Shown: positions 1-9,229 of the stretch, piece after piece
Position numbering within the stretch: the stretch's first letter is position 1
Layout of the letters: each line of letters opens with the position of its first letter
Notes under the pieces: model-generated
Seen by the model: the letters and a program-made list of their open reading frames with translations, nothing else
Told to the model about the DNA's origin: nothing
The model's database searches: none
Made by a program: the position numbers and the translations under genes
Assembly: GCA_009929775.1 (NCBI GenBank)
Contig: RZZS01000001.1
Location: forward strand, 31,297-95,296
DNA from: Alphaproteobacteria bacterium
GTDB lineage: Bacteria; Pseudomonadota; Alphaproteobacteria; Micavibrionales; Micavibrionaceae
Length of the DNA stretch: 64,000 nt
Direction of reading: 5' to 3'

Positions 1-1
1 G

Positions 2-931
2 CCGGTTCTGCGCTACAAGGATCTCGCGCAGCAGTTCGAGAGTCGCCGCCATTCCATGGCGCTGTTTTCGCGCGGGGCGTACCGTTTCATGGTCGGGTTT
101 GCGAAGAAGGTCTTGATCGCCGATACGGTCGCCACGCTTGTTGACAAGACCTTTGCTCTTGAGGATCCGACCATGGCTGATGCCTGGCTTGGCATTCTCG
201 CTTACGCCGTTCAGCTCTATTTCGACTTTTCGGGATATTCGGACATGGCGATCGGGCTCGGCATGATGATGGGATTCCGATTTGTCGAGAACTTCAATTT
301 TCCCTATATCAGCCGTTCGATCACCGAGTTCTGGCGGCGCTGGCATATCTCCCTGTCCGCGTGGCTGCGGGACTATCTCTATATTCCGCTCGGCGGCAAT
401 CGCAAGGGGACCGTGCGGACCTATGTGAATCTGTTCCTGACGATGGTGCTCGGCGGCCTGTGGCACGGGGCGAACTGGACGTTTGTGGCCTGGGGCGCCT
501 GGCATGGCGGCGTGCTCGCGATCGAGCGAGCGCTCGGAGTAACGGCGTCGAGCGTGCCCGACTATTACCGGTCCCTCAGGAGTCTCGCCGCCATGTCGGC
601 CACGTTTCTGATCGTCCTGATCGGCTGGGTTCTCTTCCGGTCGCCGGATATCGGTTACGCGTTCAACTTTTATTCGGCGATGTTCGGCCTGAAAGGGATT
701 GGCGGACTGAGCGAAGCGATCGACTGGCAAATCGGCGGGGCGGCGGTGACGGCCCTTGTCGCCGGTTATCTTTTTATCTTCGCTGTTCCGGCCTTGCAGG
801 CGGCGAAGGGTTTTAACTTGAAGGAAGCACGCAGTCTGTGGGTTCAGAGCGCCATCGTCGGTTTCTTTCTGCTGGCCGTCATCAAGCTCGCGGCGCAAAG
901 TTATTCGCCGTTTTTGTATTTCCAGTTTTAA
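2..931 (+). CDS. MBOAT-family polysaccharide O-acetyltransferase (AlgI-like), 5' end cut by the window edge
   Basis: The frame is open from the window edge (PVLRYKDLAQQFESRRHS precedes the first Met). MBOAT hallmarks are FWRRWHISLSAWLRDYLYIPLGGNRKG and LWHGANWTF. Multi-TM C-terminus. Confidence 0.85.
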   Translation, partial: PVLRYKDLAQQFESRRHSMALFSRGAYRFMVGFAKKVLIADTVATLVDKTFALEDPTMADAWLGILAYAVQLYFDFSGYSDMAIGLGMMMGFRFVENFNFPYISRSITEFWRRWHISLSAWLRDYLYIPLGGNRKGTVRTYVNLFLTMVLGGLWHGANWTFVAWGAWHGGVLAIERALGVTASSVPDYYRSLRSLAAMSATFLIVLIGWVLFRSPDIGYAFNFYSAMFGLKGIGGLSEAIDWQIGGAAVTALVAGYLFIFAVPALQAAKGFNLKEARSLWVQSAIVGFFLLAVIKLAAQSYSPFLYFQF

Positions 932-950
932 GGGGCGCTTCCTTCCTGCT

Positions 951-1215
951 CCGCGTTACCACGGGGATCGCTTGAAAACAGATCCGCGGTCAGTGTGGTA
1001 TGAATTATGTGATACATTCCAATAGCGTGTCATCCCGACACGACCTGTCCGCCGAAGCCCGAAGGGCGCAGGCGGAAGCGGAGGGATCTTCATACTGTGG
1101 ATAGCGACAAGATTCCTCGCATTCGCTCGGAATGACATAGTTGTTTTTTCATCAGTAACTTATAAACACTCGCAGCAACGGTTTGTTTTTTCAAGCGATC
1201 CCCGTGCCGCGTTAC
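951..1215. mobile_element. MITE-like non-autonomous element (247 bp, 960..1206) with 19-bp perfect terminal inverted repeats and 9-bp target-site duplication
   Basis: CACGGGGATCGCTTGAAAA at 960..978 is the exact reverse complement of 1188..1206. The identical direct repeat CCGCGTTAC abuts both ends (951..959 and 1207..1215). There is no credible internal ORF. Confidence 0.75.
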
Positions 1216-1308
1216 ATTTCCTTTTGCCAGCGGCCCGGCTCTGTGAAAAAATAGCGCTTCATTCCGCCTCCGGGTATGCTGGAGGCCTAACCGTAAATGT
1301 GAGTTCTG

Positions 1309-2307
1309 ATGGAAATCCTTCTTGCCGCTCTCACCGCCACCGTTATGGGAAAAGCCCTGTGGATGTGGCTCGTTTTCTTCGCGGTGGTCGTCGTTCTTCT
1401 TGCTCTGGACCTGGGCCTCTTTCACCGAAAGAGCAAGGAGATCGGAATAAAGGAAAGTCTCCTGCTGTCGGCCTTTTATGTGACAGTCGGCCTGCTGTTC
1501 AGTCTTTACGTCTGGTGGGCGCAGGGGCAGGAGAACGCGATGCTCTATCTGACGGGTTTCGTGGTCGAGAAGTCTCTGTCGATGGATAACATTTTCGTCA
1601 TCGCGATGATTTTCTCCTATTTCGCGATCCCGCGCCTTTATCAGCACAGGGTTCTTTTCTACGGCATTCTCGGGGTTCTGATCCTGCGCGGTGTGATGAT
1701 CGGCCTCGGGGCGGCGATCGTCCACCAGTTTGAGTGGGTGCTCTACATCTTTGCGGCCTTCCTGATTTTCACCGGGATCAAGATGCTTTTTGCTTCGGAC
1801 GAAGAGCCCGACATCGCGGAAAACCCGGTTTTGCGCTTCATGAAGAAGCATTTCCGGACGACCGATCAGTTGCACGGCGAGCATTTCATTGTCAGGCAGA
1901 CCGATCCCGATTCGGGCAAAATCGTCACCTATGTCACGCCGCTGCTTGTCGCCCTGTGCATGATCGAAATCGCGGACGTAATCTTTGCGGTCGACTCGGT
2001 TCCCGCCATATTTGCCATCACGACAGACCCCTATATCGTCTACACCAGCAACGTGTTCGCTATTTTGGGTCTGCGGGCGCTCTTCTTTGCCCTTTCGGCG
2101 ATGCTGGCGCGATTCGCCTACCTCAAATACGCCTTGTCGGCCGTGCTGGTTTTTATCGGTTCGAAGATTTTCATCGCCGATTTTCTCGGGCTCGAAAAAT
2201 TTCCGCCGTCGATCTCGCTAGGGGTAACGCTGGGGCTTCTCGCGATGGGGTTTGCCTATTCCATCTGGAAGACCCGCGATATCGTCAAGGAAGAAACATC
2301 GCGGTAG
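1309..2307 (+). CDS. TerC/Alx-family integral membrane protein
   Basis: 332-aa multi-TM ORF with TerC-type motifs EKSLSMDNIFVIAMIF and IADVIFAVDSVPAIFAIT. Confidence 0.85.
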   Translation: MEILLAALTATVMGKALWMWLVFFAVVVVLLALDLGLFHRKSKEIGIKESLLLSAFYVTVGLLFSLYVWWAQGQENAMLYLTGFVVEKSLSMDNIFVIAMIFSYFAIPRLYQHRVLFYGILGVLILRGVMIGLGAAIVHQFEWVLYIFAAFLIFTGIKMLFASDEEPDIAENPVLRFMKKHFRTTDQLHGEHFIVRQTDPDSGKIVTYVTPLLVALCMIEIADVIFAVDSVPAIFAITTDPYIVYTSNVFAILGLRALFFALSAMLARFAYLKYALSAVLVFIGSKIFIADFLGLEKFPPSISLGVTLGLLAMGFAYSIWKTRDIVKEETSR

Positions 2308-2368
2308 CCGAATTGTCCGCTCAGGGGAAGAATATTCCCCGGGCCCCGGCCGAGGCTTTGGCTGCCCG

Positions 2369-3838
2369 TCAGTTGACCTCTAGCCTGCTGCTGTCCGGGA
2401 GAGCGCATATTTCGACGTCCATGGACCCGGCTTTCGGTTTTTCCGGAAACTCTGCCGCAATTTCCGAGAGTTGGGAGAGGTCTTTGCCAACAGGGAACAG
2501 GGCATAGAAGTCGCGGTCGTCCGGGTAGCGTTCGTCGCGGTCGAAACGCTGCAGTTTTACATCGTCATCCGTGAAGTGGAAGCGAAGACGAAACGGCTTT
2601 TTCACCGGCTCCGTGAATGTGAAATGCATATATGGTAGTCCGCCTTCGAGGCTGGCTGGCTCGAAAGAGGCGGGCTCTGTTTTCGCGCCCTGCTTCTCAT
2701 CCTGTTCGGATTTTTGTGCGATCTCATCTCCACTCGGGAAGTCAAAAAGGGTCATCCGGCCTTTTTCGAGATCGAATTTCTTTTTCGCGAGGGCGTTCTC
2801 AGGGCACGCGCCGTAGGCGGCCGGGATGATCTGGCGAAAAAGGCGGTCATCCATTACGTTCAGATCGTAATATCCGGGAATTTCCCAGATCGCGAGTTTG
2901 ACGTTTCCGTTTCGAAACTCATCCGAATTGATGAAGGACATGATCGATGTGTCGATTCCGGCGCCAACGACCGCGAGATTAAGGAGGTCTGTTTTCAGCT
3001 CGTCCTTGAGGAATCCGTCGAAGTTCGCTTTCGCCGTTTCGTTGACGCTGTTGGACGTGCCGAGCAGAACCACTTCCGGCCGGGTACTGTCACCGAGAAG
3101 CTCTTCCTCGCCGACGGCGTCGTACTGGCGAATGGTGGTAAAAATGCGTGCTTCTTCCTTCGGTAGCGTCGTGTCACACATTTTTCGAAAGGCTTTCTCA
3201 AAGGTGCTCTCGATTTCGTCGGCTCCTTTTCCCACGGTTCGAAACTTCTCTCTCTGAAGTTGTTCGTACACCGGAAGTTGCCTTACGGTTTGCGCGATCT
3301 TTTCGGCTGTCCTCTTTGCTCCGTCAGCGGTCCAGTGGTGATTGCGCTTGTAGAAGTAATTGTCGCCTGCGTCATCCCGGCTAAGGCCGACGATGTTTAC
3401 GCCTGCGCTGCGGAGGTTCTGAATCGTCTGTTCGTAATTGGACCAGACGGCATCGACATCCGTCATGCCATATTTTTCGAGGTCCTCGTCCTTGACATGA
3501 GTGGCGTGAATCAGGCCGCGAACTGGCGGGTATAGCATGACGAGTTCGGTCCCCTGCTGCCTGAAGGCCTCCTGGGCGGCGAGCAGGTAGCGCGTGGTTT
3601 CCTCGTTGATCGTAAAGTCGGAACGAAAATCGTTTTCGGTCCGGAAAATCCAGCCATCTTTACCCTTGATCAGATTCTGGTAATGCTCAAGGCCGTACTT
3701 TTCGTAATTCTCATCTATTTCGAGCTTGCTGCAAAACGCTTCGTCGATTTCGCTCGCTTTCGGCTTGACGATATAGCCGACGCCGGTGAGCGCCCCCACA
3801 ATTACGACAGACACTAGAACTGAACGAACCTTCTTCAT
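2369..3838 (-). CDS. AlgJ/AlgX-like polysaccharide O-acetylation protein (SGNH-like fold) with N-terminal signal anchor
   Basis: Start moved to ATG 3838 (MKKVRSVLVSVVIVGALTG). The longer ORF-track N-terminus overlaps the upstream gene. AlgJ/AlgX-type motif FYKRNHHWTADGA. Confidence 0.7.
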   Translation of the reverse strand: MKKVRSVLVSVVIVGALTGVGYIVKPKASEIDEAFCSKLEIDENYEKYGLEHYQNLIKGKDGWIFRTENDFRSDFTINEETTRYLLAAQEAFRQQGTELVMLYPPVRGLIHATHVKDEDLEKYGMTDVDAVWSNYEQTIQNLRSAGVNIVGLSRDDAGDNYFYKRNHHWTADGAKRTAEKIAQTVRQLPVYEQLQREKFRTVGKGADEIESTFEKAFRKMCDTTLPKEEARIFTTIRQYDAVGEEELLGDSTRPEVVLLGTSNSVNETAKANFDGFLKDELKTDLLNLAVVGAGIDTSIMSFINSDEFRNGNVKLAIWEIPGYYDLNVMDDRLFRQIIPAAYGACPENALAKKKFDLEKGRMTLFDFPSGDEIAQKSEQDEKQGAKTEPASFEPASLEGGLPYMHFTFTEPVKKPFRLRFHFTDDDVKLQRFDRDERYPDDRDFYALFPVGKDLSQLSEIAAEFPEKPKAGSMDVEICALPDSSRLEVN

Positions 3839-3890
3839 GATTGACACACCACCAAAATTTTTGTTGTTGCACGGGGAAAGCGGGAGTATG

Positions 3891-5384
3891 TCAGGCTGCA
3901 GCACCAAGTTTCTGATCATACTCGCCGACCTCCGGAAATGTCGAAAGCGTGTCGTCGATTTCCCGGAACATGCCTCGCATGGCGATTTCGGATACCGGAC
4001 TCTCGACCACGACGACAAGACACGGCTTGTTGGAAGACGCACGCACAAGGCCCCAGGTTCCATCCTGAAGGACGATCCGGGCTCCATTCACCGTAACGAT
4101 CTCGCGGATGCTCTGATTAAGAATTTTTGCCCCGGCTGCTTGCCTGTCTTCGTATATGAGTCTGAAACGCTCGACGACGTCATATTTGCACTCGTCTGGG
4201 CAATACGGCGACATGGTTGGTGAACCCCACGTTTGCGGCAGTTCTTTACGCAAGGCGGAAAGCGCCTCGCCGACGGCATCGTCCATCATCCGGCAAATTG
4301 TAATGGCTGACAGAAGGCCGTCGTCGTAGCCCCGGCCGATTGGCTCGTTGAAAAAAAAGTGGCCGCTTTTTTCGAAACCCGCGAGCGCGTCGATTTCGTT
4401 GACCCGGCGCTTGATATAGGAATGGCCGGTCTTCCAGTATTCTGTTTCCACGTTGTTTTCGCGAAGAACCGGGTCGGTCATGTAGAGCCCGGTCGACTTG
4501 ACGTCGACGACGAAGCGCCTGCTGCCGTGAATTTTCGACAGGTAGCGCGCCAGCATGACGCCCATCTTGTCGGCGAATAGTTCTTCCCCCATGTCGTCGA
4601 CAACCCCGCAGCGATCGCCATCGCCATCGAATGCGACGCCAAAGTCGGCTCCGGTTTCGAGGATTCTCTCGCGCATGGCATGAAGCATCGTCATATCTTC
4701 CGGGTTCGGGTTGACCTTCAGGAACCGGTAATCCGGTTCGCAGTCCAGTTCGACCACCTCGCAGCCGATGCCGCGCAGTGCCTGCGGCGCATACATCCCG
4801 GCCGTTCCGTTTCCGCATGCGGTGACGACTTTCAGTTTGCGATTTAGTGGACCGTCCTTGACGAGATCGGCGATGTAGGCTTCCTTCACGTCTTCGACAT
4901 AGCGATAAGAGCCGCCGCTGTGCGGCTTGAAAGTGTTGCCAAGTACCATGTCCTTCAGTTCGTTCATCTCATCGGGGCCGAAGGTCAACGGCCGTTCGGC
5001 GCCGATTTTGACACCGGTCCAGCCGTTCTCGTTGTGGCTGGCCGTGACCATGGCCACGGCCGGGCAGTCGAGTTCGAATTGTGCAAAATAGGCAACGGGA
5101 GAGAGCGCCAGGCCGATGTCGTGGACGCGGCAACCGGATTCAATCAGGCCGATAACAAGCGCCTGCTTGAGCGCCGCACTGTAGGAACGATAGTCGTGGC
5201 CGACAATGATGTCCGGTCGGACGCCGTGTTCGCGGATCATGGTTCCGATCCCTTTGCCGAGGGCCTGCATGCCGCGCAGATTGATTTGTTCCGGATAAAG
5301 CCAGCGGGCGTCATATTCACGGAATCCGGATGGTGCCACAAGGACTTCTCGTTCGAAGGCTTCGGTGTTCGGTCGAATGGACAT
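3891..5384 (-). CDS. Phosphomannomutase/phosphoglucomutase (alpha-D-phosphohexomutase family)
   Basis: Phosphoserine loop MVTASHNENGWTG and Mg-binding loop FDGDGDRCGVVD. Start at ATG 5384, preceded by GAGGAG (5393..5398 on the minus strand). Confidence 0.9.
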   Translation of the reverse strand: MSIRPNTEAFEREVLVAPSGFREYDARWLYPEQINLRGMQALGKGIGTMIREHGVRPDIIVGHDYRSYSAALKQALVIGLIESGCRVHDIGLALSPVAYFAQFELDCPAVAMVTASHNENGWTGVKIGAERPLTFGPDEMNELKDMVLGNTFKPHSGGSYRYVEDVKEAYIADLVKDGPLNRKLKVVTACGNGTAGMYAPQALRGIGCEVVELDCEPDYRFLKVNPNPEDMTMLHAMRERILETGADFGVAFDGDGDRCGVVDDMGEELFADKMGVMLARYLSKIHGSRRFVVDVKSTGLYMTDPVLRENNVETEYWKTGHSYIKRRVNEIDALAGFEKSGHFFFNEPIGRGYDDGLLSAITICRMMDDAVGEALSALRKELPQTWGSPTMSPYCPDECKYDVVERFRLIYEDRQAAGAKILNQSIREIVTVNGARIVLQDGTWGLVRASSNKPCLVVVVESPVSEIAMRGMFREIDDTLSTFPEVGEYDQKLGAAA

Positions 5385-5404
5385 CGTCTTCAGCTCCTCG
5401 CTTT

Positions 5405-5447
5405 TCGTGGAATGGCCGCATTTTTCTCGTGGAATGGCCGCATTTTT
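5405..5447. repeat. Tandem direct repeat (22-bp period, two copies, with a partial third copy following) in the promoter/leader of the phosphohexomutase gene
   Basis: TCGTGGAATGGCCGCATTTTT occurs at 5405..5425 and again at 5427..5447, followed by CCGCATTTTCCGC. Confidence 0.9.
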
Positions 5448-5558
5448 CCGCATTTTCCGCAGCGCTCGTTTCGATCGTCCAAACGGCCGGCGCGGCTAAA
5501 AATTCCACAGAAGCGAGTCTTGATTTCCCGAGGGACGAGATGGCGACGATCGCTGCGG

Positions 5559-7397
5559 TCAGGTTCGATCCCGCGCCCTTTGTGAGGTATCCACATGGTC
5601 AAACAGGAGGACGATGTCGTCCTCCTTCGGCTGAAGCGTCTCTTTGCCGAGCGGGCTGGAAAAATGGACGGTGCCGCCTTTCGATATCAGACCCATGAGG
5701 TAGCGACGTTCGCTTTCTTCCGGAAGGATAAGTTTTCCGGTTTGTTTGTCCTTGCCGACGCGGGTAACTTTGAAGCGCCAGCCCTGAAGGGCAAGGATGT
5801 TCAGCCGCTCGAGCGTGAGGTGTTTCTTCCCCCAGTAACGCCCGATGATCGCGGGAGCGATCTTCTTGTATTCGGACTTGTCCTCCCGTTCGTCGTGCGG
5901 GCTGGTCAGAAAGACACGGTCCTGTCCGAAATCGTAGGCGAATTTTTCGCAAACGAGGGCGTTGTAGGCTGGGTTATCGGTGGCGGCGATCAGGGTTCCA
6001 TATTTGTGAAGCTCCAGCGCGTATTCTGTTTCCTCCGAGAGTATTTCGCCGTAATAAACCGGGATGTCGGCGAGCCGCGCCTGGGTGAGCGCATGATAGT
6101 TGTTGTCGACAATCACGACGGGAACGCTTCGTTCCTTAAGAACTTCCGCCATCTGGATCGTCCACGGGTGCACGCCGACGACAACGATTCCGCCCGCTTC
6201 GGTCGCGCGCAGGGAGAGCGACCGCGCCAGCGGCCGAATGGTAAGGCTGTGCACCACGACGGTCGCAACGACGACGGCAAAGGCGACCGGCAGGATCTTG
6301 TCACCGTCTTCGAAACCTGCGCTTGTTAAAAGGGGGCCGAGGAGGCCGGCCATCGCTGCGCAGACGATTCCGCGCGGTGCGATCCACCCGATCAGGAGTC
6401 TTTCCCGCCAGGTGATTTCTGTTCCGACGCAACTTGCGATCACCGATAGCGGGCGGACGATAAACATGAGCACAACGATGAACGCCATATGTCTCCAGCT
6501 CATTCCGTCGAGAACGGCCATGTCCAGACGCGCAGTGAGTACAAGAAAAACGCCGGATACGAGTAGCAGCGTAATGGTTTCCTTGAAACGCCGGATTTCC
6601 TCGAAACTTGCCCTGTGGATATTGGCCAGCGTCATGCCGAGAATCGTCACCGCGATCAGGCCGGATTCGTGGAGCAGGGTGTTGGCGCTGAAAAACAGGG
6701 CCAGAAGAGCGGCAAGCAAAAAAGGCGCCTTCAGATACTCGGGCACGTGACCGCGTTCGAAGAGGCGGGTCAGAAGGTGCGCAAGCGCGAAGCTCGCGAG
6801 TGCGACAATCAGGAGAATGGCACCCTTCTCGAAAAAGAATCCGGAGTCGAGAGGGGCGGGTGACAGGCGCGAGGCCACAAAAAATTCGTAGGCGAGGACG
6901 GCAAAAATCACACCGAGCGGATCGTTGACGATTCCCTCCCATTTCAGGACGGAGCTTGCATTCATGTTAAGTCTCGCCTGTCTAAGCATCGGCATGATGA
7001 CGGTGGGGCCCGTTACTACGAGAATGCCTCCGAGCACGACGGAAACGGCCCACTCGAGACCGGCGACCCAAAAGGCGGCGAGGCTCCCGAGAAGCCAGGT
7101 GAGCGGGGCGCCGAGTGCGATGAGACGCCGCACCGACTTGCGTGTCTGTCTTAATTCCCTGAGCTTCAGATGAAGCGATCCCTCAAATAGGATGATCGCG
7201 ACCGCGGCCGAAATCGCGGGCTGCAGCAAGTCGCCGAAGAGCGCATCAGGCTGTATGATCCCGAAGACCGGGCCGAAAAGGAAGCCAAATCCGAGCAGAA
7301 AGAGGATCGCCGGGATGTGAAGCCGCCAAGCGAGCCACTGGGCGAATACGCTGACGGTTGCGATGAGGACGATCTGGAAGAAGAGCGTTTCGGCCAA
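5559..7397 (-). CDS. CPA1-type Na+(K+)/H+ antiporter with C-terminal RCK/TrkA-N-like domain
   Basis: 612 aa. The N-terminal ~400 aa is multi-TM (MAETLFFQIVLIATVSVFAQWLAWRLHIPAILFLLGFGFLFGP). The C-terminal soluble part has a Rossmann-like GIVVVGVHPWTIQMAEVLKERSVPVVIVDNN. Confidence 0.8.
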   Translation of the reverse strand: MAETLFFQIVLIATVSVFAQWLAWRLHIPAILFLLGFGFLFGPVFGIIQPDALFGDLLQPAISAAVAIILFEGSLHLKLRELRQTRKSVRRLIALGAPLTWLLGSLAAFWVAGLEWAVSVVLGGILVVTGPTVIMPMLRQARLNMNASSVLKWEGIVNDPLGVIFAVLAYEFFVASRLSPAPLDSGFFFEKGAILLIVALASFALAHLLTRLFERGHVPEYLKAPFLLAALLALFFSANTLLHESGLIAVTILGMTLANIHRASFEEIRRFKETITLLLVSGVFLVLTARLDMAVLDGMSWRHMAFIVVLMFIVRPLSVIASCVGTEITWRERLLIGWIAPRGIVCAAMAGLLGPLLTSAGFEDGDKILPVAFAVVVATVVVHSLTIRPLARSLSLRATEAGGIVVVGVHPWTIQMAEVLKERSVPVVIVDNNYHALTQARLADIPVYYGEILSEETEYALELHKYGTLIAATDNPAYNALVCEKFAYDFGQDRVFLTSPHDEREDKSEYKKIAPAIIGRYWGKKHLTLERLNILALQGWRFKVTRVGKDKQTGKLILPEESERRYLMGLISKGGTVHFSSPLGKETLQPKEDDIVLLFDHVDTSQRARDRT

Positions 7398-7518
7398 GAG
7401 TGATTCCTTTTGTGGAGCGGATGCACCCCCGCCGGGGAACCGCGATTCAGCGCGGCACCATCCCTAAAATGTTCCTGGTCCACGCGATGACAAGGCTGTC
7501 CCGGGTGGAAGAGCGCTC

Positions 7519-7887
7519 TCACTTCCCGAGGCTTCGGATCAGCTCTTCCAGTGACTGAATGCGAATGGGCTTGACCAGATAGTCGTCGAACCCGGCTTCT
7601 TCGGACCGTTTCCGGTGAGCATCATCGCTCCATCCAGAGTTCGCCACGACTTTGATGCGCCTGAGTTCGCTGTCAGCCTTGATCTGTCGGCAGACCTCGT
7701 AACCATCCATGTCCGGCATGCCGATATCGAGGAGGATCAGGTCAGGCTTGAACGCGCGCGCTTTTTCTGCCGCAAGCCCGCCTTGCGTAACGAAAGAGAC
7801 GTCGGCGTTCGATACCTCACACATCATCGCGAGTGTGCGTGCAGCCTTGTCGTTGTCGTCGACTATGAGAATCCTTGCCTTTGCCAT
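7519..7887 (-). CDS. Single-domain response regulator (CheY-like receiver)
   Basis: ILIVDDNDKAARTL ... DLILLDIGMPDMDGYEVCRQIK ... VANSGW ... YLVKP. Confidence 0.9.
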   Translation of the reverse strand: MAKARILIVDDNDKAARTLAMMCEVSNADVSFVTQGGLAAEKARAFKPDLILLDIGMPDMDGYEVCRQIKADSELRRIKVVANSGWSDDAHRKRSEEAGFDDYLVKPIRIQSLEELIRSLGK

Positions 7888-7917
7888 ATGTCTTCCCTGT
7901 TGAATATCATTTTGTTC

Positions 7918-9039
7918 TTATTTGCACAGGTCAAGGGTGACGGTAAAAGTACAGCCTTTCCCGAGTCCGTCGCTTCTCACGGCGACTGAGCCATCATGCA
8001 GGTCAACCAGTTCTTTGACAAGAGCCAGTCCCAGACCCAGTCCTTCCGTGTTTACGTCTGAGAACAGATCGACCCTTTCGTAAAGATCAAAGATACTTGC
8101 AATGCGTTCGACCGGGATGCCGATGCCGTCATCCTCGATTTCCGTAATGGCCTGCCCGTCGCGGCAGCGGACCCGCGCAACAACCCGTCCACCATGATCG
8201 GTGTATTTTGCTGCGTTGTGCAGGAGATTTCCGAAGACCTGTATCAACCGCACCATATCTCCCTGAACGAAAACCTGTTCCTGCGGGATATCGGTTTCGA
8301 AGCGAATTCCTTTTCCGCGGAAGGCGGCGCGGTAGGTCCTGGCGGTTCGCTCAAGCACGTCGAGCAGGTCGACCCTCTCCTTGCGCAAGGTGACCTTTCC
8401 CCGGTTTATGCGGGAAATGTCGAGGAGATCGTCGACAAGACACAGAATATGATTGACCTGATCGGCCATCATCGTCTTGACTTCGGCGATCATGTGGGGC
8501 GGCGCGTGGTCAAGATTCAATATAGCAATGCCGTTCTGGATCGTGGCGAGCGGATTGCGCAGTTCGTGCGCCAGCATGGCGAGAAACTGCTCCTTGCGCT
8601 TTTCCGATTCCCTCAGGCGCCGTTCGGTCTGTTTCAGGCCGGTAATATCCTGAATCGTTCCGCGGTGCGTGACAGGCTGGCCCCGTTCGTCACAGGTTAC
8701 GAACGCGTGCTCCTGGACGAACACATAGTGGCCGTCTTCGTGCAGGACCCGGTACTCGATCACGAAAGCTCCGGTTTCCCGATCTGCGGCGGCGCGGCAG
8801 CGCGGGCTATCGTCCGGATGAACGCGGTCCATCCACCAGTCCCGGGCCAATCCCTCCCGGAACGGCGTGCCGAGAACGTTCTCTATGCCGTGAAAATAAC
8901 AAATCTGTCCCGTGGCGAGGTTGGCTTCGTAAACCATGATTTTCGCGGACGCTGTCACGTTCGCAAAACGTTCGATCTGCTGAAGAAGCTCGTCGGATCT
9001 TTCTCTGAAAGCCGGTTCCATCGGCTCTACATTATGCAA
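7918..9039 (-). CDS. Cytoplasmic PAS-domain sensor histidine kinase
   Basis: PAS region (WWMDRVHPDD ... EYRVLHEDGHYVFVQEH), H-box LAHELRNPL, and ATPase boxes NLLHNAAKYT, DDGIGIP and GLGLGLALVKELV. No TM segment. Confidence 0.9.
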   Translation of the reverse strand: MHNVEPMEPAFRERSDELLQQIERFANVTASAKIMVYEANLATGQICYFHGIENVLGTPFREGLARDWWMDRVHPDDSPRCRAAADRETGAFVIEYRVLHEDGHYVFVQEHAFVTCDERGQPVTHRGTIQDITGLKQTERRLRESEKRKEQFLAMLAHELRNPLATIQNGIAILNLDHAPPHMIAEVKTMMADQVNHILCLVDDLLDISRINRGKVTLRKERVDLLDVLERTARTYRAAFRGKGIRFETDIPQEQVFVQGDMVRLIQVFGNLLHNAAKYTDHGGRVVARVRCRDGQAITEIEDDGIGIPVERIASIFDLYERVDLFSDVNTEGLGLGLALVKELVDLHDGSVAVRSDGLGKGCTFTVTLDLCK

Positions 9040-9229
9040 TCTGTGGCTGGCGTCAAAGGGTTTTTATCCCTCTCGTGTTGCCTTGCGCGGCTTGTGTTCG
9101 CCGGGGTTAACCGATCACCGGGGTTTCTGGTTCCGTCCCGGTGCAAAAATTTTTGGCAGGTGGCTCCACCTTTGCATCCCGGCGGGTTTTTGCTAAACAT
9201 GAACTCGTACTGGTTTAGGGGAGTGTTTC

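Noticed and set aside
956-1138. 60-aa ORF inside the MITE.
   Set aside because: It lies entirely within the repeat element, has no RBS or start context, and its peptide merely reflects the repeat modules.
1216-1308. Mn2+ (yybP-ykoY) riboswitch expected upstream of a TerC/Alx gene.
   Set aside because: I could not find the conserved GGGGAGUAG / GACAUA-type core elements in the leader. The region is instead occupied by the MITE.
2369-4087. Full 572-aa ORF-track version of the AlgJ/X-like gene.
   Set aside because: The first 83 codons overlap the 3' end of the phosphohexomutase gene and are Arg/Ser-rich. The signal-anchor Met at 3838 is the credible start.
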